Below, one piece after another: positions 53,108 through 64,000 of a DNA stretch of 64,000 nt; the stretch's first letter is position 1; every line of letters starts with the position of its first letter. This DNA comes from Octopus sinensis (Eukaryota). The notes beneath the pieces were generated by a model, which worked only from the letters and a program-made list of their open reading frames with translations, searched no databases and had not been told where the DNA came from. The stretch covers positions 66,774,001 through 66,838,000 of the forward strand of contig NC_043004.1 in the NCBI RefSeq assembly GCF_006345805.1, read 5' to 3'. Both the position numbers and the translations under genes were made by a program.

Positions 53108-54179
53108 GGTGTTTATATATTCATATATATAAATATATATGTATCTGTGTGTATGTGTGTGTGTGTGTGTCTATATATGTATTTGTTTGTGGAGGTGTGT
53201 GCAATCGGCAATGAGTATGCGTGTGTATGTGAGTACATGACCTTGCGTTTACTGCATATAAATTGTTGCATTTACGCACATGTCCCCTTCCTTCTACACT
53301 TCAAAACCACTAAAAATATAAAAAAATAATAAATGTACCATATTATACAACTGATTTATATATGCATATGCGCACATAAATGATTATATACACATTATAT
53401 GAGTACTCGAGTGTGTCTGTATGTTTGTGAAAATGCGTGTGTTTGTCTGAGCTTTGTGTTAACAATCAACATTCTGGTAGAGTGATGTTGGCTTGAGTCT
53501 GAAAAACTCTATTTTGGTGAAAATGAAGTTTCTTAAGTTTATAAACTGTTTAGAAAAGTTTGTGACTTGTCTTGTCGGACAATGTCCGTTTCTGGGTAGT
53601 CAGTAATATTTTTGTTTCTGTTTTGAATATGGAAATGATGAAAATTTACCGGACATTGCAATTGTAGACTTTGCCAAAAGTTGTTTGTGTTAGAGAAGAA
53701 AATTAAGAGAAAATAGAACCGATAGAACGGGATGAAAGATCATAGTAGCTACTTTAGGGAAGAGAGAGAATTTCTTGGGAGTGGTCATCAACGGTTACGC
53801 CATGAAGGTTTGAATTAGCGAGGATTCCCATTGTCCACACACGTATACACACACATCTATTCCAAAATATATGAATGCTCACCGTTAGACTGTTTTTGCT
53901 GGCAGAAACTATTACGAAAATGTAGGTGGTGTGAGGACAAATTCGGATCTATATACATGTAGTTCAATGTTGAAATTGTGGAAATTACGCTTCCAGTTCG
54001 ATGTAACTGAATTTAATACGTGTCGAGACATATATGCCTCGCGTAAACGGTGTCGTGAAATTCACACATTGGCTTCTGAATGTTTGTCAACTCAAACGTA
54101 AACATGGATGAAGCGTTCGTCCTTATATATTCATAAAAATATTTAAAATATATTAGTATTAAAAGGGTAACCAGTATAT

Positions 54180-54545
54180 TCTTTTACTCGTTTCAGTCTT
54201 TTGATTGCGGCAATGCTGGAGCACCGTTTTTAGGCGAGCAAATCGACCCCAGGACTTATTCTTTTGAAGCCTAGTAATTATTCTATCGGATCTCGTTTGC
54301 TGAACGGCTAAGTTACGGGGACGTAAACACACCAGCATCGGTTGTCAAGCGATGTAGGGGGGCGGGGCGGACAAACACACACATATATACAACAGGCATC
54401 TTTCAGTTTTCGTCTACCAAATCCACTCACAAGGCTTTGGTCGGCCCGAGGCTATAGTAGAAGACACTGGCCCAAGGTGCCATGCAGTGGGCCTGAACCT
54501 GGAACCACGTGGTAGATAAGCAAGCTACTTACCGCACAGCCACAA
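54180..54545 (-). mobile_element. SINE family A, near full length
   Basis: Aligns to 29190-29600. Confidence 0.9.
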
Positions 54546-56779
54546 TAGAAAGAATTTCAAACGTAAATATAAATGCATTCTGAATAACAGAAATACAAAA
54601 AATCAAGTGGAGAGCGACATGATTAAGCGGGAAATGAAGAGAAATTTATTCAGTATTAAGGGAGAAATTCCGTGTAATGCTGCACGGTGGGTTGAAATGT
54701 CAAAGGTCAAATTTGGAAAATGTTCTCATGAAGTGTGTTGAACTGGGTCCTTAAAGAGTTGCTCATAGCAGAAGGGAAGGAAGAATATATACAGCGAACA
54801 ATGACCCAGGTGATGAAAGATTTGCAAATTTAGTAATAGGCGTATTTGGTGCACAAACGGTAAGGAAAGTGGCTAGAAATATATTCTGTGAAGTAATCGT
54901 TCAAAGTCTGTGCTACACACCATAAGATGTACTTATTTCGGTGAAATGCAGCACAATTATGCGAGATCTATTGAAGCATTGTTCACAAAAGTGTGTAAGT
55001 AGTTGCTAAATGATATAAATACGGGATATGGTAGAAGTCTGTGTGAATTCAATAAGTGGTCGAGTCCAATCTACAAAATACATGCATACATACATACATG
55101 CATACATGTATACATATATATATATATATCTGTGTGTATGTGCAAGCATGTAAGTGTGTGTGTAAGATTATATATGCATCCTTATGCAAATGCATATATA
55201 CAACTCCGCATCTACGTGATCATATACAACGAAAAGAAAAATTATATAAAAAAATAAAACGAAATGACTGTCAAAGAAGCTGGCGAATATATTTTAGAAG
55301 ACTTCGAATAGGCAGATAGTAGAGAATACGATATTTTCTTCTTGTTTTTTCTTTGTTTTTTTTTTGTCCGTGTTTTGTGCAATACCTTGTAAAATGTTAA
55401 TCGTCAGTAATTTCCTTATCACAATTAGATTCTAACCAATATATGAAGACATCAGAGATCGGAGCATTTCGTTGGAACTAAATATAGCTGAAGTAATCGC
55501 ATTAGAAATAATCGTATCAAAATCAACCAGAACTATAACACCATCACTGACAACAACAACAACAACAAGAACATCATCATCAACAACAACAACAATAGCA
55601 GCAGCATCCACAATAAAAGCTTGTAATAAAATCAGGTATATCAAAGGGAGGAAAAAATCGAATATTGTGAGTGTATAAAATGAATTTGTCTTTTCCATGG
55701 AAGTACGTTAGAATTGGCTTTCTTTGTCATTATATTTATGTTGTCTCTCAATTATTTCCAATTCTATGAATGTCATCGATTAATAATTTCCAATGTTACA
55801 GTAACATCCATCGAATTTACGTCAGTGTGTAAAAATGGAACATCTACAAACAAAACCAATTAGAAAGAAAAAAAGTATTATAACAAAGGGAACTTATAAT
55901 ATCAAAATATTGATATATTTTGTTAAAGAACAAAGGATCTATTCGTTTCAGAAAGGAAAATATGATTTTGTCACATTCTTGTCATCCTTAATATAATTAG
56001 AGCTGTAAGAGGAATAACAATAGTGGAGAGCAGAGATTCTATACGCACAGTCTTATCAGAATAGTCGTTATTGAAGAGGACTGACCTCCATGTACTCGAT
56101 CGACCAGATAGAAATAGTATCTAATTTAGCTACTAATCATACTTTAGCATCTAGCTGGAAGGATGCATCAAATGATATAGTTGTTGTTTTATTATGGCTA
56201 AAAGGAAAAGGCAAGAAGTCCATCTTATCACGTGCCTGAGTTAGAAATCACAGTGAAAATCAACAAATCATATTGTAATAATTGATGTCGAATATACGGA
56301 TTTTGTAGAATAAGTTCCTCATATGATCAGTGTTGCTGTTAAGACCCTGAGTTGGAGCCTGGATATGGTCGTTCTTTGTGCCAGAAATAAGAGCTATTCT
56401 TCTCTAAACTCACAAACTACAGTCTTTGCCAAAATAGGAAATGATGAATAGGAATGCCTTTTATTTTTACTTGTCAAGCACAACGTCGAAGGGTCTTAGA
56501 CGAGTCAGTCGTCCCAGCATTTACTTTTTAAGTGCTGTACATGTTTTATCGGTCTCTTTTGCACAGAGATATAGCACATATACGTTTAGTGATAAACGCA
56601 TGTAAACATGGGCATGATATTCCCCTTCTGACTACACTGCTTGAGCCCTTATTCAACAATTCAAAAAGTATTCTATAAACATTTTATTAAACGTGGTACA
56701 ATATTTCTTCGGCCAGTATCACTTTAGTAATCCACACATTCGGCTTTCTTTTTGATCATCTCCAATATTTATTCGTTTT

Positions 56780-57600
56780 ACGAGACAAATACGTTCATCA
56801 TAACACATTTTTTTTGTCTCTATCAGTCTTCATGTGGGTTTTAAATTCCGTTTCCATAATTCTACCTCACTTGTCTCTTCTAGTCCCTAATATAAAAGCT
56901 GTGCCAACATTTCCAATATATCTTCTATTACATTTCATTCTGGATTTCCCTCCAGCCATTCTGGTAGACTTATTCCTTATGTCGTGCATCTATTCCTTGA
57001 CTGTTTTTGACACATGAATGCTGCAGTTAATATGTTCGCGGATTAAATATTCTCCCATTTCTTCTCTAATACAGAGCAAGGTACTCGTTTGCAACAGCTG
57101 ATGGGACTCATGCTGTTCTGCCTTCCTTTCAGCCACCCTCACCTAAAATAACCATTCCCTGTATCATACATCACCTGACTCATCTTCTTATGTTCAGCTT
57201 CACTGGTTCAAATTTCCTGGCTCAAGAGCAAAAGTCGTGAAGTCCATCGAAGTTAAATTGCGTCTCATTAGTAAAAAGAAGTTTGGTAAAAATCAACAGA
57301 AATAGTCGACCACAATTTTGCGCAGTCTAACCTTGTCCTCTTACGTCATTGCGGAAATGAATTTTCCTCTTGGCCTTTTCATACTTGTATCCAATTTCTT
57401 TCAGCTTTCTTTGAACTTTTCGAACATTTACATTTATTTTATATTTCTGCTTCACCTTCACTGTTATCTCTTCTCCAGCTGCGAGTACATAGGACACATT
57501 TACGTTCATTTGCCTTCATGTTCTCCACTCAAGAGACCTTTTGTTCCCTCTTTTCTCCTCTTTCCAGTTATAGTTATTTTATAACATACATTCCACGATA
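56780..57600 (-). pseudogene. Tc1/Tc3-like transposase relic
   Basis: INVNVRKVQRKLKEIGYKY (HTH), LLFTNETQFNFDG (cf. FSDEKKFNLDG), NCSIHVSKTVKE, EWLEGNPE*NVIEDI (cf. WPARSPDLNPIENL). Confidence 0.75.
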
Positions 57601-57796
57601 GAGATCGAAAACCTCCAATTAACGGCTATTTTTCTTAGGTTAAGATCACCCCTCTTCCTTCTCTGGTGTCTGAAAAGCTAGTTCACTTCTTGTACATACA
57701 CACACATACACATCCAAACACACACACATAAACACGCACGCACAAACACACAAACACACACATACACACACAAACACACACACACACATACACACA

Positions 57797-57840
<44 letters not shown>

Positions 57841-58792
57841 TATATATGAACAACTCCGTGAACGTGGTCTGCGATGTGGTGCAATAGCAGCGACAGAAGT
57901 AGCAATAACATTAGGATACATACACAGAAATATGCTGAAGCAATTGATACGAATTTTGCTGTCACTAAATAAGCAAAAGTACTCTTTTAACATCCTAAAG
58001 AGGTGCAACATTGCATCTATTGCGGAATACATATAAGGTTTAAAAGAAGAGAGAACGCTACACAGATTTAAATGGAAGCAAATGGAAGCTCGGGGGCACA
58101 TGATCCAAAACTTTGGGTAAGGAATTTAAATAAACGTTTGATCCGAGTCTCTTAAATTCGAAAAGTCAGGCATTTAGTAGGTGTCATCATGAGAGAAAAT
58201 TCACATTCAGAGAGAGTCATGAAACTTCCCGCTTGCTGACTAGTGAACGAAAATCGTACGTAAACTGAGCCATTTTTAATACAGCTGGAACCGTTTAAAG
58301 GGAGTTAATTCTGTCTCGTCTAAGGAGAGTATCGTCCCGAAGAATTTCGGTTTTTCACAAGGTTTTTTCAAAAACCTGCTGGAAAGGACTTATTTTTGCC
58401 TCTATTAGTACGGAGGTCATGTGCCTACGGCCAGTAGGTCTACTGCTCATCGAAATTGATAAAATAAATAATAGACATCAAACCAATGGTAACTTCTTGA
58501 CTGGTCCAAACAAGCGTCTACAAAATATCATATACATATATATATATATATTTGTGTGTGTATACAAGGCCCTTTCACACAGCTTCTGTCTGCCAAATTC
58601 ACTCACAAGGCATCGGTCAGTTCGGATTTATAGTGGAAGGGATGCTATTTACTCCTAGGCTGCCGCACAGTAGGATTCAAAGCATTTTTATGCAGCGAAC
58701 TTCATAACAACACATCTAGTGCTGAGAAAAACCAAAAGTGCAGCTGGATTTACTTAGACCGTAAATCTTGTCTGCGTATTCCCTATCGCCAT

Positions 58793-59136
58793 GGGAAGGC
58801 GCCTGGCTCAGTGGTTAGAGCGTCGAGCTTACGATCGTGAAGTTGTGAGTTCGATTCCCGGATCGGGCTGCGTGTCGTGTTCTTGAGCAAGACACTTTAT
58901 CTCACGTTCCTCCAGTTTACTCAGCTGTAGAAATGAGTTGCGACATCACTGGTGCCAAACTGTATCGGCCCTTGCCTTTCCCTTGGATAACATCGGTGGT
59001 GTGGAGAGGGAAGGCTGATATACATGGGCGACTACTGGCCTTCCACGAACAAACTTGCCCTGACTTGTACCTCGGAGGGTAAATTTTTAGGTGCAATCCC
59101 ATGGTCATTCATGACCGAAGGGGATCTCCTCCTCCT
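58793..59136 (+). mobile_element. SINE family B, tail type 3, full length
   Basis: A box TGGCTCAGTGG, B box GAGTTCGATTCC, TSD TATTCCCTATCG(C/T)CAT on both sides. Confidence 0.9.
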
Positions 59137-59544
59137 TATTCCCTATCGTCATAATAGATAACATCAAAATCATAATATCGACACGAATAAGGGCCACTAC
59201 ATCAATTATTGTTTCTTTGTCGCGCATTCTTCATGATTTCTTTATTTTCATTTAAATGTTTATAAATACTTTAATTTTCAGTTAATTTTCTATTAATCTC
59301 GGTCGTTTCGTGGGGCAGAGTGCCCCTCAAAATATTGCTTCTTCTCAAAATGATCAAGCTGGATTTCCAAGCTCAGGGCTGTTACCCAACCCTCTTGTTT
59401 ATGGACTCCCCCTGTGTCTCTTTTGATTGGTTTTGTCCAGCGGTTCTTTCCCGATACGTTCTTACAGCATGTCCGAAGTATCGGAAAGGCACCTCTTAAC
59501 TCGAAGATGAGATTTTAAGAATAAGATATCAGTCAATTTACACA

Positions 59545-60237
59545 TATATAGGTCAGGCTGTTTTGCATGAAGTTTACTTCCCAATCACATGGTTCCGGGT
59601 TCAGTCCCATTGCGTGGCACCCTCACCAACCAAATTCGTGTGAGCGAATTTGGTGGATGGAAACGCGCGCGTGTGTGTGTGTCTGTGTGTCTGTCTTTGT
59701 GCCTGAGGATGTCTCCTACCAAGCATTGGTGACCAATGTTGGTGTATATGCGTCCCTGTAACCTTGCGGTTCGGGAAAACTGGCAGACAGAATAAGTACT
59801 AGACTTTAAAAGAAATAAGTACTGGGGTGGATGCATTCAACTAAAAATTCAACTCGGTGCCCCAACCTGGCCACAGTCTAATGATTCTACTTTGAACTTT
59901 GGCAAAGGCTTAAGTGAGCTGTGGCAAAGGTGGATCAGCGCCGTGAGCTGTTGCAATTCACGGAATGGACTCCGGTACGTGTTTTCAAATGCCTGGTACT
60001 TTGCCGAAACGCTAGATTATGGGGATGTAAGCAAACCGACACCGCTTATCAAGCGATGGTGGGAGATAAATGCAAAGACTAAGTTACACGCACACGCATA
60101 CACATACACACACACACTCACACACACACACACACACACTCACATATATATATATGCATACATGCATATATACATATATAATATATATGCATATGTGTGT
60201 TTTATATATGTACATATATCACGTGATATATGCATAT

Positions 60238-60324
<87 letters not shown>

Positions 60325-60480
60325 ATATACAGAGAGAGAGAGACGGTCTTTTAGTTTCTGTTTACCAAATCCACACAACAAGCTCTGGGGTGAGCTACTT
60401 GCCCTATGTACTGAACCTGCAACCATGTGGTTGGGAAGCAAATTTCTTACTTCGCAACACCTTTTTGCCTCTTCAAACCG
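59545..60480. mobile_element. Two diverged SINE family A copies, tail to tail (59545-59890 plus, 59930-60480 minus)
   Basis: CACATGGTTCCGGGTTCAGTCCC head and AGAATAAGTACTAG core on plus; GCCGAAACGCTA...TCAAGCGATGGT...AACCATGTGGTTGG on minus. Confidence 0.65.
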
Positions 60481-61741
60481 TTGCTTATTTTCAACGTCCC
60501 GTATTACATGTTTTTTTCTATCATATTTGATATTATGGATAACTGAAAAGGAATTACGTCGACTAGAACACATAAAGGCAAAGCCTACTTTTGATATAAT
60601 GATATCCTTTTTTATGAAGAATCATCTCTGCCCTCGCGATATAACAGAGCAAAACATTGTGGCTTTTGCAGCAGATAAAGCTTGTAGATTATTGATACAA
60701 TAGATCACGTTACTTGCTCGGAAGAAACAGTTATAGTTTCCACAATCTGATGTATCTAATTGAAGGCACACACATTATAAACATTAATCAATACCATCTA
60801 GGAACGAGTCAATGTTTCATAGCATAATACAGAGTAAGGGGATCGATATCAGCATGAACTGTAACCCTTCATTTGAAAAAAGGCTTCCGCTTTGTGACTT
60901 AGGTATTACGAAGATCTTTATCGAAGCAATTCATAGACATTATAAATAGAGTTCAGTTTCGGACATACCAATTTACAGGGGTAATATAGATCATGGAAAC
61001 AAGCATAATATCGATTTGAGAATAATTCACTTATTCCTGTTATGATGTTTCGTGTATATTGCAACACTTCCGCTTTCCGAGCTTGCATATGATAGCGATA
61101 TGATAGCATTGGTGTAAGGAAAAACTTGCCTGCCAAACCTAGCAGGTTGAGCACACACATAAACGGTTACGTACGTAACTCTACATATGTACATGCATAT
61201 ATCTTCTGTATGATGTAAAAGGATAAAATCTCTTTATATATGTATATGTATCAGTGAATGTTTTTACTCATGTATGTATATGTATATACATGTATTTGTT
61301 ACCTGTGTGTATATATATGTATGCAGATTAAGACTGAAGTTTCGATTTTGATTGTATGATATATGAATATAATGGCATTATTTGTTACACTATTTGTTGA
61401 ACTAATGTGCTTGCATCTTCCATAGGCATCTATCTATATATTATGTTATACTATATTATATATGTAATATACAATATATTTTATTATATTATATTACACT
61501 ATATTGTATTATACTATATTTTTGTGGTATTTTCCATCTACTATGTATTGTGAATAGCAGAATGCACATATTCCATTATTGGTATTAATAATAATAATAA
61601 TAGTATTAATAGTTTTGGCAATGTAATATAATGAACTTTGGACTTTGTATATGAACCCATTGATGTGGATGTATATGTATACTCCAGTATATATATTTGA
61701 TTATCTGAAACCATATGTGTATGTATATTATTATATATATA

Positions 61742-61776
<35 letters not shown>

Positions 61777-61786
61777 ACACACACAC

Positions 61787-61844
<58 letters not shown>

Positions 61845-61846
<2 letters not shown>

Positions 61847-62388
61847 TTGTGTATGTGCATTTTGTTTCATATTTATATTTGCATTTTTATATCTTTATCA
61901 TTGTACGTTTTAATCTCTGACGAGGCCTTGAGGTATATATATAAGTAACTCATTTTTAAGTGCATATTACCTCAATACATATGACTAATATAGGCACAAC
62001 GAGATACCTTTATCTACAGGCAGAAACAGCTGTAAGAGTCATTTTATGTGTATTATTTTTATGGTATTATCTTACTTATTGATGTATATTGTTTGATTCT
62101 GTTTTATTCTGTTGGATTTGGATGTTCCTATTTAATTAGTTAATAAACAATATGAATTGGTATTATCTGTAAGTTGATGATTGAAAGGAATCTGTTCCTC
62201 CATTTTCTTATTTGTTTAATGATTTTGAGGTAAAATATTTTACCTTCGCCCATCTTATACAATAAATGAATTAATTGCATTGTAATTATAAGCTTTTATG
62301 TATTTGCCTTTTGGGTACTTCACTAGCAGTATATTGGATAACTGATATCCCATAGTGGGTTACACTCATAACCCCTATCTCACTTTGT
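61845..62388 (+). mobile_element. (TA)n-embedded HHR element
   Basis: ~540-bp complex block between TA tracts, containing a hammerhead. Confidence 0.7.
61912..62039 (+). ncRNA. Type I hammerhead ribozyme with branched stem II
   Basis: TCT-CTGACGA-gGCCT...AGGCa-GAAAC-AGCT-GTA-AGA; internal hairpin TTGAGGTA/TACCTCAA; predicted cut after 62034. Confidence 0.8.
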
Positions 62389-62847
62389 ATATATATATAT
62401 ATATATACGTTGAAACGTTCCCTCTGTGAGTTTATTTTATTCAAGAGCAAAGGGAGTGATTTTTTCGGAGAGAAGTATGATTGGTACGTTCAAAAATAGC
62501 AATATAATACGTACTTGAAAAAGCAGAATGTATTTGTTGCATGCTTACCATGTAAGACCACTCTGAAATAGGCTTCATATATGGGTCTTAGGAAGTTTTC
62601 CGCCAATTGATTGAGACAGCTGTAAAAACGAATAATAGGAATCAAGTCGCTGCTTACTAAGAACGAACCATGCATTTGCGCCATTGCACAGAAAGGCAAA
62701 ATTATTCCTGTAAATATTTTTTCGAGATATAGAAAAACTGATAAACGCATAACAATTTGGTAGCGAAAAATGTATAGCGCGTTTCACGGTTAAAATATGT
62801 TCGTGTATGTATAAACACTCATATATGTGTGCGCATACATACATATA

Positions 62848-62931
<84 letters not shown>

Positions 62932-64000
62932 AGCATATATGCATGCATATATATATATATATATGCATATATATATATATCAATATATATGTATGTATGC
63001 GCATATATATATATGCACTCACATAGACACAATGACAGGGAGAGTGAGAGAAAAAAGGAGGGAGAGAAAGAAGAGATTGCAATTGATTACGGCGGATCCT
63101 TTTCAAACTTATACTGGACTTATTCTTTGTCGTCCTGCCGCTTCGTTGGACAAATTAAACTACATGACAAATAAAAGACTATTTCATATTATGATATGTG
63201 AACGTAAGCATCCGATCGTTTGTTCGATGTACGGCGAGTGGACGAAAGTGTATGATACGCCATCCGTCCCCTGTCATTTCAAAATATAATACAATTCGGC
63301 ATGTATGCACAACTCGGCAGTAAAGACGATAAATGATATAAGTCGATAAAGAAAATAATAACAAAATAGACTAGACGTGTATAAATGGGAAGAGAGACGC
63401 TGGCGGGTTGGGCAGGGCGATGCAGTGGGAATGTTCTATCAACCTTCAGAAAGTTTCTACTTTAATCTGGTAGTTTGTTAAATATAATAGCAAATGGAAG
63501 CTGTAGACCATATAGACTCTGATAGATATGAGATGGTAAAATGACTGATAGATATGAAATGGTAAAGAAATACAAAGGAATCAAGCGAAGAAGTCAGGTG
63601 AAGATGTGTACAATAGTGCCAACAGTTTTGTCCGTTTCAAATATCAAAACAACAAAAAAACTCAAGAATCAAACATAACAATTCAATACTTTTGAAATAT
63701 AATTGGCGTCGGCGTTATTAGTGATATCAGTTCACCTCTGTGTGTGCGTGTGTGAGTGTTCGTGCATGTATGTGTGTACCGAATCTGTGCACCAGCTGCG
63801 TTTACATATAAATCAGTTGTGTGCTGCATGTGTGTATATGTCTAGTGCATATGTAGGATGTGTATACGGTGCATATGTTTGCGTTTGTGTGCCCGTGAGC
63901 ATATCCAGTATACAACGGTTTGTGTTTGCTATGCTAGTGCGAATTGATGTGAGATGGGTTGTGTGTATGTATGTATGTATGTTATTATTCAGTTTATTTT

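Noticed and set aside
58793-58870. tRNA gene
   Set aside because: A/B boxes are present but it continues into a SINE body bounded by a TSD; no full cloverleaf

Overview
AT-rich, microsatellite-saturated eukaryotic DNA. The SINE and LINE repertoire and the (TA)n/(CA)n/(TAA)n density look like an Octopus genome; this is an inference from repeat style. No intact host protein-coding gene can be supported, and almost every ORF in the supplied track is a microsatellite artefact. The recognisable content is transposon debris: three tRNA-derived SINE families; Tx1/L1, R4/Dong-like, CR1-like and Jockey-like LINE fragments; two Penelope-like (GIY-YIG) fragments; mariner, Tc3 and MULE relics; two MITEs; and a Helitron-like element. 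The striking feature is a dense population of short non-coding elements in or beside (TA)n tracts that carry hammerhead ribozymes (HHR). By eye I count six with intact canonical type I cores and palindromic stem III, four ultra-compact variants, two fold-back half ribozymes and three candidate non-circularly permuted hammerheads. Two of the permuted candidates lie in the ~290-bp direct repeats of an LTR-retrozyme-like unit. All structures were paired by hand; cleavage activity and novelty are untested.
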